Positions 28,506-37,076 of a DNA stretch of 64,000 bases are shown here, piece by piece. The notes beneath the pieces were generated by a model that worked only from the letters and a program-made list of their open reading frames with translations, did no database searches and had not been told where the DNA came from. The stretch lies in the sequence record SRR31156797_635. One strand, 5' to 3'. Both the position numbers and the translations under genes were made by a program. Numbering within the stretch: position 1 is the stretch's first letter; each line of letters begins with the position of its first letter.

Positions 28506-30107
28506 GTGTCAACAACCAAATACATCTTCGTTACAGGTGGGGTAACCTCCTCATTGGGAAAAGGAATCATTGCATCATCATTGGCAAAATTGCTACAAGC
28601 AAGAGGTTATTCAGTTACCAACCAAAAATTGGACCCTTATTTGAATGTCGATCCGGGAACATTAAACCCGTATGAGCACGGAGAGTGTTTCGTTACTGAT
28701 GATGGAGCTGAAACCGATTTGGATTTGGGACATTACGAGCGTTTTACCAATGCTCCTACATCTCAGGCGAATAATGTTACTACAGGTAGAATCTACCGTA
28801 ACGTTATCAACAAAGAGAGAAAAGGAGATTTCTTAGGAAAAACGGTTCAAATCATACCTCATATTACCGACGAGATTAAAAGAAACATTAAAATGCTTGG
28901 TACCAAGCAGAAATTTGATGTTGTAATTACTGAAATCGGGGGTACAGTAGGTGATATTGAATCATTACCATATATCGAGGCTGTTCGTCAGTTGAAATGG
29001 GAGTTGGGACACGATGCTCTTGTAATTCACTTGACTTTGGTTCCTTATCTTGCTGCTTCAGGTGAGTTGAAGACCAAACCTACACAGCACTCTGTAAAAT
29101 CATTATTAGAGACCGGAGTTCAGCCAGAAGTATTGGTTTTAAGAACTGAGCACGAATTACCTGCCGATGTACGTCGTAAGGTAGCATTATTCTGTAATGT
29201 TGAGCCAAAGGCAGTAATCCAGTCTATCGATGTATCTACTATTTACGAGGTGCCTCTTAAGATGCGCGAAGAAAAGCTTGATCAAACAGTTTGTGAGAAA
29301 TTGGGCTTGGATTTGAAGAAGGAACCAAAATTAAAAGAGTGGACCAAATTCTTAACTCGCTTGCAAAATCCAAAATCAGAAGTAAAAATTGGTTTGGTAG
29401 GTAAGTATGTAGAATTGCACGATGCTTACAAATCAATTGCAGAATCATTTATTCATGCAGGATCGGTAAACGAGTGTAAGGTGAAAGTTGAGTGGATTCA
29501 TTCTGAGAAATTGAATGACAAAAGCTATCAGGAAGAACTGAAAGACCTTAAAGGTATTTTGGTTGCACCAGGATTTGGTCACCGTGGATTAGAAGGAAAG
29601 ATATTAGCAGTAAAATATGCTCGTGAAAATAACATTCCATTCTTGGGAATTTGTTTGGGCATGCAGGTAGCAGTTATTGAGTATGCTCGAAACGTACTGA
29701 AATTGGAAAATGCAGATTCATTGGAAATGAATCCAAAAACTCCACATCCGGTTATTAACCTGATGGAAGAGCAAAAGAATGTTACCGAAAAAGGTGGAAC
29801 TATGCGTTTGGGTGCTTACGATTGTACTTTGAAAGAAGGGTCGAAAGCGTTGAAAGCATACGGACAAAAAGAGATTTCGGAACGTCACCGTCACCGTTAC
29901 GAGTTCAATAATGAGTATTTGGAGCAATTCGAAGCTGCAGGAATGCAAGCAGTAGGTATGAATCCTGATACTGGTTTGGTTGAAGCTGTAGAATTGGACG
30001 GACACAAGTGGTTTGTTGGTGTACAATTTCACCCAGAGTACAAGAGTACTGTTATTAAACCACAGCCATTGTTCGTTGATTTCGTGAAAGCGGCAATGAC
30101 AGAGTAG
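28506..30107 (+). CDS. pyrG: CTP synthase
   Basis: KYIFVTGGV.SSLGKG, GICLGMQ, ERHRHRYE and QFHPE. Confidence 0.98.
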   Translation: MSTTKYIFVTGGVTSSLGKGIIASSLAKLLQARGYSVTNQKLDPYLNVDPGTLNPYEHGECFVTDDGAETDLDLGHYERFTNAPTSQANNVTTGRIYRNVINKERKGDFLGKTVQIIPHITDEIKRNIKMLGTKQKFDVVITEIGGTVGDIESLPYIEAVRQLKWELGHDALVIHLTLVPYLAASGELKTKPTQHSVKSLLETGVQPEVLVLRTEHELPADVRRKVALFCNVEPKAVIQSIDVSTIYEVPLKMREEKLDQTVCEKLGLDLKKEPKLKEWTKFLTRLQNPKSEVKIGLVGKYVELHDAYKSIAESFIHAGSVNECKVKVEWIHSEKLNDKSYQEELKDLKGILVAPGFGHRGLEGKILAVKYARENNIPFLGICLGMQVAVIEYARNVLKLENADSLEMNPKTPHPVINLMEEQKNVTEKGGTMRLGAYDCTLKEGSKALKAYGQKEISERHRHRYEFNNEYLEQFEAAGMQAVGMNPDTGLVEAVELDGHKWFVGVQFHPEYKSTVIKPQPLFVDFVKAAMTE

Positions 30108-30147
30108 TCTACAAAAAGAAATTGATTAAAGAAATTAAATAAAAGAA

Positions 30148-32007
30148 ATGGATAAAAATTCGATTTGGGGATTGGTGATCATCGGAGCGATTTTGATTGG
30201 GTATACCTACCTGACAAAACCTTCAGATGAGGAAGTCAAAGCCATGAAAACGAGAGACTCTATTGCCAGCGTTGAGCGTTTGCGTAATGAGACACTTGAA
30301 GCTGCAAGAATTGAAGGATTAAAAAAGCAGTATGAAGAACAAAAATCAGATACTGTAGCACTTAAGAAAGCTTACGGTGCTTTTGCTGGAGCTGTTCAAC
30401 AGAAAGAAGAAGTTATTACTCTTGAGAATAAGTTGGTGAAATTAAGCATCAATACACTTGGTGGTAGAGTTAGTAATGTTGAGCTGAAAGAGTACAAAAC
30501 TCACGATGCCGAGAAGCTAATGCTTTGGGGTGAAAAGAATTCTAAATTCGGGTTGACATTTTATGCGGATAATAAAGCAATGTATTCTCAGGATTTGTTC
30601 TTTACTCCAGTTAATGCAGTAAAAACGGTTGACGCAACTACAGCTAAACAAGTCGTAAGCATGCGTTTGCTAGCAGGTCAGGGGAAATATATTGAGTACC
30701 GATATACTCTGGAGCCAGATTCGTATAAAGTTGGTTTCGATATCAATGTTGTAGGAATGCAAAATGTAATTCAAAGAGATTTAACTTTCAATTGGGCTGC
30801 TGATATTCCTAGTCAGGAAAAAGGTCGTAAGTTCGAAAATCAGTATACTGCTCTTTATTACAAATTCTTGGGTGATGATATCGAGAGTCTATCTGCATCA
30901 GGTGAAGAAGAAGAGAGTGTAAGCACAAAAGTGAAATGGATTGGTTTTAAGCAACAGTTTTTCTCTTCTGTATTAATTGCTGACGATGCGTTTAAAGGTA
31001 TTGTATTTAATACGGTTGATATGGAGGAAACTTCTCCTATTCTGAAGAATTTTTCTGCTGAAATCTCCTTACCATATCAGGGATCTCAATTAGAGAACTA
31101 CCCAATGAATTTCTATTTCGGTCCTAACAAATTCAAAACTTTACGTGAGTATGGTAAAGATTATGATGGTGTGGATATCGAATTGCACAAATTGGTTGAT
31201 TTAGGATGGATGATTTTTGGATGGGTTAACAGATATTTTGTTATTCCAATCTTTAACTTCTTAGAAGGCTTTATTTCGAATTATGGTATCATCATTTTGA
31301 TTTTGACCATTATCATTAAATTGATCTTGGCTCCTTTAACTTACAAGTCGTACATGTCGACTGCGAAGATGAAGGTGTTGAAGCCAGAGATTGATGCGAT
31401 TAACGAAAAGATTCCGAAAGATAAAGCAATGGAGCGCCAGCAGGCAACTATGGCATTGTACAAAAAGGCAGGTGTGAATCCTATGGGTGGATGTTTGCCA
31501 ATGTTGGTACAGTTTCCATTCCTGATTGCATTGTTCCGATTCTTCCCATCTTCTATCGAGCTACGTCAAAAGAGCTTCTTGTGGGCTGAGGATTTATCAT
31601 CATACGATTCAATTGTTGATTTAGGATTTCATATTCCAATGTATGGAGATCACATCAGTTTGTTCTGTTTGTTAATGGCAATTACCAACTTGATTTACAC
31701 TCGTATGAATGGTCAAATGCAATCATCGCAGCAAATGCCTGGTATGCAAACCATGATGTACTTAATGCCGGTAATGTTCCTTTTCTGGTTCAATAGCTAT
31801 GCATCAGGTCTTTCATATTACTACTTTATTGCAACCTTATTTACTGTTGTTCAAACCTGGGCAATCCGTAAGTACTTGGTTGACGATGACAAAGTTTTGG
31901 CTATGTTAGAAGCAAACAAGAAGAAACCAGCTAAAAAGAAATCTAACTTCCAAAAGAGATTAGAGGAAGCTGCGAAGCAAAAAGGTTATAAGCCTCCTAA
32001 AAAATAA
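30148..32007 (+). CDS. yidC: Membrane protein insertase
   Basis: N-terminal TM, periplasmic domain, GVNPMGGCLP and FLWAEDLS. Confidence 0.96.
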   Translation: MDKNSIWGLVIIGAILIGYTYLTKPSDEEVKAMKTRDSIASVERLRNETLEAARIEGLKKQYEEQKSDTVALKKAYGAFAGAVQQKEEVITLENKLVKLSINTLGGRVSNVELKEYKTHDAEKLMLWGEKNSKFGLTFYADNKAMYSQDLFFTPVNAVKTVDATTAKQVVSMRLLAGQGKYIEYRYTLEPDSYKVGFDINVVGMQNVIQRDLTFNWAADIPSQEKGRKFENQYTALYYKFLGDDIESLSASGEEEESVSTKVKWIGFKQQFFSSVLIADDAFKGIVFNTVDMEETSPILKNFSAEISLPYQGSQLENYPMNFYFGPNKFKTLREYGKDYDGVDIELHKLVDLGWMIFGWVNRYFVIPIFNFLEGFISNYGIIILILTIIIKLILAPLTYKSYMSTAKMKVLKPEIDAINEKIPKDKAMERQQATMALYKKAGVNPMGGCLPMLVQFPFLIALFRFFPSSIELRQKSFLWAEDLSSYDSIVDLGFHIPMYGDHISLFCLLMAITNLIYTRMNGQMQSSQQMPGMQTMMYLMPVMFLFWFNSYASGLSYYYFIATLFTVVQTWAIRKYLVDDDKVLAMLEANKKKPAKKKSNFQKRLEEAAKQKGYKPPKK

Positions 32008-32028
32008 GATCAATTAGATTCTATATAT

Positions 32029-32059
32029 AAAGCTCCACATTTTTGTGGGGCTTTTTTTT
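32029..32059 (+). terminator. yidC terminator
   Basis: AAAGCTCCACA-TTTT-TGTGGGGCTTTTTTTT. Confidence 0.85.
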
Positions 32060-32063
32060 GTTT

Positions 32064-32111
32064 ACCTCATCCCCCAGCCCCTTCTCCTCAAGGAGAAGGT
32101 TAGGGTGAGGT
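32064..32111. repeat. REP-like palindromic repeat, copy 1 (short single-hairpin form)
   Basis: ACCTCATCCCCCAGCCCCTTCTCCTCAAGGAGAAGGTTAGGGTGAGGT; contains the DUF559 stop codon. Confidence 0.85.
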
Positions 32112-32489
32112 GATATTCACGATTTTTTCCTTCAATTTACGAACCACCAATTCAGGAGAATGATGGATTTCATCATTTGTAAAGCGGACTACAGAAATAC
32201 CTAAATATCCCAGTTCAGCAGTTCTTCCTTCATCATATTCCTTATTGTCAACCTTATTGTGAATTTCTCCATCAATTTCAACGATTAGTTTTAATTCGTG
32301 ACAGTAAAAATCAGCTATAAAATTACTAATCGGATGTTGTCTTTTGAATTTGAATCCTTTGATTCTTCTATTGCGAACGATTTCCCAGAAAACCATTTCC
32401 GATTCCGTCATTGTTTTACGAAGTTCTTTGGCTCTTTTGTGTATTTCTGGACTTGCATCATAAAAGAGACATTCTTTATAGTCAACCAT
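32100..32489 (-). CDS. DUF559 (Vsr-like, PD-(D/E)xK fold) endonuclease-domain protein
   Basis: AKELRK.MT.SE..FW..VR, FKRQHPI..FIADFYC.E.KL.VEIDG..H, D..RT..L...G..V.RFTN.E. Confidence 0.92.
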   Translation of the reverse strand: MVDYKECLFYDASPEIHKRAKELRKTMTESEMVFWEIVRNRRIKGFKFKRQHPISNFIADFYCHELKLIVEIDGEIHNKVDNKEYDEGRTAELGYLGISVVRFTNDEIHHSPELVVRKLKEKIVNITSP

Positions 32490-32550
32490 AACTGCTGATA
32501 TTTATGATTATGTAATTTATTAATAAAATGTTTTAAGTGCAATTTTACTT

Positions 32551-32652
32551 GCCTTATCTCCCAGCCCCTTCTCCTCGAGAAGAAGGGGAGTATACCACTA
32601 AAGCAAAATTGTTGTGTATTCCCTCTCCTTAAGGAGAGGGGTAGGGTGAGGT
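32551..32652. repeat. REP-like palindromic repeat, copy 2 (full double-hairpin form)
   Basis: GCCTTATCTCCCAGCCCCTTCTCCTCGAGAAGAAGGGGAG-spacer-TTCCCTCTCCTTAAGGAGAGGGGTAGGGTGAGGT. Confidence 0.85.
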
Positions 32653-32744
32653 ATATTTAGGAGGATGTGCGATAAAAAACTCAACTAATCACTATCTTGT
32701 ATCTACTTTTTAAAGCTATTTTATCAACTCATATTCTTTAAAAA

Positions 32745-33875
32745 ATGGACCCAAAATTAATTGCATTGCGTCACCAATTACATTCCCAACCCGAAATTTC
32801 GAATAAGGAATACAATACAGCTCAAACTATTGAGGATTTTATGAAGGATTACAATCCCGATGAGGTGATGGAATTGGGAGAGACAGGTAGAGCATTTGTA
32901 TTTAATGGAGCAGAGGAGGGCAAAACAACGGTATTTCGTGCCGAGTTGGATGCTTTGCCAATAAGCGAGAAATCGAAGGTGAAGTACAGCTCTATTAATC
33001 CAGGAGTGGCTCATGCATGTGGTCATGATGGACACATGGCAATATTAGCTGGTTTGGCACAAAAAATTGCAAATCATCCACCGCAAAAAGGAAGAGTAGT
33101 ACTTCTTTTTCAACCAGCCGAAGAGGTAGAGCAAGGAGCAAGAGATGTGCTAAACCACCCTGATTTTACAGCCTTACGAGCCGACTATCTATTTGCACTA
33201 CATAATGTGCCGGGAGAGGAAGCGAATACAATCCTATTACGACGAGGAAGCTTTTCAGCAGCATCGAAAGGGATGACCATTCAGCTAAAGGGAAAGACCT
33301 CACATGCAGCCGAGCCCGAAAATGGCACAAATCCCGCAATCGCCATATCAAAAATTAGCCGTGAGCTAAATGATTTGCTGAATAACAAGAAGCTATTCAA
33401 GGATCTAAGCTTGCTTACTTTTATATACATTCGTATGGGTGAGGTATCTTTCGGAACATCGGCAGGAAGTGGCGAGATGGGACTTACACTTCGTGCATTC
33501 GAGAATAGTGACATGCAGTTACTAACCACGAAATCCAAGGAAATCATACAACGAATAGCTAATGAAGAAGGACTGGAATGTAGCATAAACTATCACGAAG
33601 AATTTCCGGCAATAGTAAATAACAATACTTGTGTAGACATGATACAGACCATAGCCCAAAAGAACAGTTTGGACTACAAATATCTAGACAAACCTTTTAA
33701 ATGGTCTGAGGATTTTGCTTATTTTTCGGAGAAATATTCAACAGGATACTTTGGTTTGGGAGCAGGATTCGATCAGCCTGCCCTCCATCATCCCGATTAC
33801 GATTTTCCGGATGAGATAATCGAAACAGGACTAAGCATTTTTACCAGTCTCTATCAAAAAATAAATGGTAAATAA
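32745..33875 (+). CDS. M20D family amidohydrolase
   Basis: LH.QPE.S..E, RAELDALP, HACGHDGH, FQPAEE, SEDF and LHHP.YDF. Confidence 0.92.
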   Translation: MDPKLIALRHQLHSQPEISNKEYNTAQTIEDFMKDYNPDEVMELGETGRAFVFNGAEEGKTTVFRAELDALPISEKSKVKYSSINPGVAHACGHDGHMAILAGLAQKIANHPPQKGRVVLLFQPAEEVEQGARDVLNHPDFTALRADYLFALHNVPGEEANTILLRRGSFSAASKGMTIQLKGKTSHAAEPENGTNPAIAISKISRELNDLLNNKKLFKDLSLLTFIYIRMGEVSFGTSAGSGEMGLTLRAFENSDMQLLTTKSKEIIQRIANEEGLECSINYHEEFPAIVNNNTCVDMIQTIAQKNSLDYKYLDKPFKWSEDFAYFSEKYSTGYFGLGAGFDQPALHHPDYDFPDEIIETGLSIFTSLYQKINGK

Positions 33876-33947
33876 TCTAAGTTGAATTTTTTATATTATC
33901 TAACCTTTTGTGCCTTATATTTTTAAATCACTTATCTGATTCGAAAT

Positions 33948-34014
33948 AGTTTCAAGTTACAAGACACAAGCTGCAAGTTTTCCTCTTGATGCTTTTAACT
34001 AGTAGCTTGCAGCT
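33948..34014. repeat. Inverted pair of 7-bp tandem repeats
   Basis: TTTCAAG TTACAAG ACACAAG CTGCAAG ... CTTGATG CTTTTAA CTAGTAG CTTGCAG. Confidence 0.65.
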
Positions 34015-34097
34015 ATTGTAAACGCCATTTATTTGCACGTAGTTAATAATAAATACTAATTTTTTTAATTGAACTTAGGTCAATAAACAACAATCAT

Positions 34098-34772
34098 ATG
34101 TTATCACAAATACTAAAAAACAATCAACATCTCTTTATCGATATATTCCCATTCAGTTTAAACGAAGAAAAACATTTTGTTTTGGACCTATCCGTCGATA
34201 ATCAGGAACTCTATTCAATAGATCTTACTTCGGTAGAAGCATTGCAGCAATACATTTCCGATGGATTGCAAAAAACTGAGGCTACATTTGCCATAGGTGG
34301 ATACAACGAGGACAGACTTATTTATCGAAAAAGTGCCCACTTTGGCGAGGGAGAAGATGCACGAAGCATTCATTTGGGAACCGATGTTTGGTTGGCGGCT
34401 CATACAAAAATTGCTGCACCTATCGAGGGTAAGATTCACAGCTTTAAGAACAATGATGCCTTTGGCGATTACGGTCCTACCATTATATTGGAGCATTGCA
34501 TAAATCATACGACTTTTTATACCCTTTACGGACACCTATCGGTTCAATCCCTCGAAGGGAAAAGTGTAGGACAAGTGATTCCTCAGGGCGAAGTGTTTGC
34601 CGAATTGGGCAAGGAGAATGAGAATGGCAATTGGCCAACACACCTGCATGTTCAGATTATTGCCGATATGAATGGGCATCAGGGCGATTTCCCCGGCGTA
34701 TCCAATCAAGCAGATCGGGCAAACTATCTGAAAACCTGCCCCAATCCCAATCTTATTTTAAAGATTCAATAG
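34098..34772 (+). CDS. M23 family metallopeptidase
   Basis: IHLGTD (HxxxD), YTLYGHL and HLH (HxH). Confidence 0.88.
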   Translation: MLSQILKNNQHLFIDIFPFSLNEEKHFVLDLSVDNQELYSIDLTSVEALQQYISDGLQKTEATFAIGGYNEDRLIYRKSAHFGEGEDARSIHLGTDVWLAAHTKIAAPIEGKIHSFKNNDAFGDYGPTIILEHCINHTTFYTLYGHLSVQSLEGKSVGQVIPQGEVFAELGKENENGNWPTHLHVQIIADMNGHQGDFPGVSNQADRANYLKTCPNPNLILKIQ

Positions 34773-34896
34773 TAAACTCAATTTGATATAGAATTTTAGG
34801 GATAGATTTCATCTTCTCACGAACTTGCAAAAATATCCAACTAACGCAAATTTGTATGTCGTGCTTTATATTTATTCGAATTAATTTATATAATCA

Positions 34897-36249
34897 ATGA
34901 AATTAATAACCATTACTACACTTCTCACGTTCTTTTTATTTCAATTCGCAAAAGCACAAGAGTACAATCCCACATACTTTCAAAAAGCAGAGTTGTTAGA
35001 AGATTTATCTTTTGTGCAGGAGAAAGTAGAGAACATGCATCCTCTGTTTTTAGATGAGGCTTTTGCTGAGGAATGGAACTTGGCACGCAAAACACTGGAA
35101 AAGCAATTGCCCGATAGTCTGTCGATAAACCAGTTCTATGTGAAGCTGGGGACATTGCTAGGAGAATTGGAAGATACGCACACAGGGATATCCTTTCCTT
35201 ACAGCGAAAGAAAAAAGTACATGATTGATGGAGGAGGAGTAAGCATGCCATTCTCCATTACAATTAAGGATCACAAGCTGTATGTAAACGAATATTTTGG
35301 AGAGGATAGATCGCTAGCTATAGCCGGGAAACAAATAGTGGCGATGAATGGTATGGCTTCTGATCAAATTCTGCAGGATATGCGAAAGATTGCAGGAGTG
35401 CGAGGACGTGAGTGTGGTGATCAATCGGTAGAGAAGTTGTTTGCCATGTGCTTTTGGGCTCTGTATGGCGAATGGGAAACGTATGACTTACAATTGGTCG
35501 ATTCTCAGGTTAAAATAGCTGTGGTAAACAATGTTACTTATTTTGAATTGAAGAAAAAGTATGCAAGTTCGCAAAGACCGGAATACTATCACCTGAATTT
35601 TTCTGATGACAACGAATTGGCAAAGCTAAAGATTGCCTCCTTTTATGGAGGCGAGAAATACAATGCTTTTTTAAAGGAGGCTTTTGAAGAGATCAAAGCC
35701 AAAAGTTCTAAGCAATTGATTATTGATGTTCGCAACAATCCAGGAGGCAGAAGCCGTGGAGTTGATAGTTTGCTAAATTACTTGACCAATAAAGCATACG
35801 CCCAATACAAAAGCATTGGCATAAGAGTAAGTGAGGAGCTGAAAGCAAACTATAAGCTGAAGCGCCCTGAATCTTATGCTCTAATAGAAGATCTACCAAA
35901 TGATACTTTGTTGTATGTAGACAGCGAAACCTTTATTCATGAACCAAACACTAAAGAATCGGCATTCACGGGCGATGTATTTGTTGTAATTAATGAACGC
36001 TCAAACAGCGCTGCTGCAACCTTTGCAGGTGTAGTTAAAGAATATCGATTGGGAACCATTGTCGGCAACAAAGCAACAGGTGAAAACATACGTTACTACG
36101 GTGATTTTTTATCCTACGAATTGCCAAATACCAAGTTGAAGATATACGTTTCTCCAAAGGAATTTATTCAATTCGGAGGCAGTAATCTTAACAAGGGAGT
36201 TGAACCGGATGTTCTACTCAAAGACTTTGAATTTAGAGGTATTCTATAG
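34897..36249 (+). CDS. Secreted S41 family peptidase
   Basis: Signal peptide, D.HT, IIDVRNNPGG, SNSAA and GVEPDV. Confidence 0.85.
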   Translation: MKLITITTLLTFFLFQFAKAQEYNPTYFQKAELLEDLSFVQEKVENMHPLFLDEAFAEEWNLARKTLEKQLPDSLSINQFYVKLGTLLGELEDTHTGISFPYSERKKYMIDGGGVSMPFSITIKDHKLYVNEYFGEDRSLAIAGKQIVAMNGMASDQILQDMRKIAGVRGRECGDQSVEKLFAMCFWALYGEWETYDLQLVDSQVKIAVVNNVTYFELKKKYASSQRPEYYHLNFSDDNELAKLKIASFYGGEKYNAFLKEAFEEIKAKSSKQLIIDVRNNPGGRSRGVDSLLNYLTNKAYAQYKSIGIRVSEELKANYKLKRPESYALIEDLPNDTLLYVDSETFIHEPNTKESAFTGDVFVVINERSNSAAATFAGVVKEYRLGTIVGNKATGENIRYYGDFLSYELPNTKLKIYVSPKEFIQFGGSNLNKGVEPDVLLKDFEFRGIL

Positions 36250-36256
36250 TTTAAGG

Positions 36257-36289
36257 ACATGCCAAGCATCTCAAAGATGCTAGGCATGT
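36257..36289. repeat. Isolated 15-bp-arm palindrome without a U-tract
   Basis: ACATGCCAAGCATCT-CAA-AGATGCTAGGCATGT (1 mismatch). Confidence 0.6.
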
Positions 36290-36314
36290 AATTATTGGAA
36301 GTGTAAATGTTTAG

Positions 36315-36689
36315 ATGATTGAAATGAAGGAAAAAACAGTAGTTGTTACCCTAGTTGGCATTGTAATAGTTGGTTTTATACTTGCTATAATCTGGGATAC
36401 ATATCAGCGAAATAAATTAGAGGATGAAGGGATCTATTCAATTGGAAAAATACTAGATGTGGTGGATGATCATCATGCATCACCAAGTACCATTTATGAA
36501 TTTAAGTACAAGGGAGGCAAATATAAGGGTGCTATAGATAGAGTTGATAAGTCTTTAATAGGTAAAAGATTTTTTGTAGTTTTTCTTCCCAATAATCCAG
36601 ATATATCAAAAATGTTAATTGATAAGGCAGTACCACCAGGATTAATAGATGTGCCGTATAGTGGTTGGAAGTCTATTCCAAATCAATAA
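36315..36689 (+). CDS. Small single-TM protein, DUF3592-like, function unknown
   Basis: N-terminal TM, then G.I....YEF.Y.G..Y.G...IG.RF.V.F.P.NP. Confidence 0.6.
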   Translation: MIEMKEKTVVVTLVGIVIVGFILAIIWDTYQRNKLEDEGIYSIGKILDVVDDHHASPSTIYEFKYKGGKYKGAIDRVDKSLIGKRFFVVFLPNNPDISKMLIDKAVPPGLIDVPYSGWKSIPNQ

Positions 36690-36709
36690 AAAACCTTAGA
36701 ACAAAATAT

Positions 36710-36744
36710 ACCGCCAGACATTTAAAAGCTCTAGCGGTTTTTTT
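36710..36744 (+). terminator. Rho-independent terminator
   Basis: ACCGCCAGA...TCTAGCGGT followed by a T-run. Confidence 0.65.
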
Positions 36745-36754
36745 GTGCGCTAAT

Positions 36755-36855
36755 TCCTCAACCCCAGCCCCTTCTCCTCGAGGAGAAGAGGAGAATTCTA
36801 CAAAACTTTTGCAGTTTCAGTTCCCTCTCCTTTGAGGAGAAGGCTAGGGCGAGGT
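36755..36855. repeat. REP-like palindromic repeat, copy 3 (full double-hairpin form)
   Basis: TCCTCAACCCCAGCCCCTTCTCCTCGAGGAGAAGAGGAG-spacer-TTCCCTCTCCTTTGAGGAGAAGGCTAGGGCGAGGT. Confidence 0.85.
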
Positions 36856-37076
36856 ATTTATTCAAAACCATGCTGAACAACATTTTTTTACCTCTTTCCA
36901 TTCAGCTAATAAAGTCGGAATTTTAATAGAGTAAAACTTACCCAAGCAGGACTGTGAAGTTGAACAGTTTTACAAATTACTCAACATAGCTTCGCCTATC
37001 AGTCCTCTTCATGTGCAAAACTTCTCATGCACACATTCTCAAAAGCAAAAAACAATTTCAATCCAAAACATTAGCC

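Noticed and set aside
32064-36855. Classical IS or composite transposon
   Set aside because: No transposase or integrase and no identifiable target-site duplication
37011-37076. N-terminal extension of MaeB from ATG 37011
   Set aside because: Family similarity begins at MAKFTKEDAL (37077), which has a typical A-rich leader; the upstream ATG lies in a hairpin
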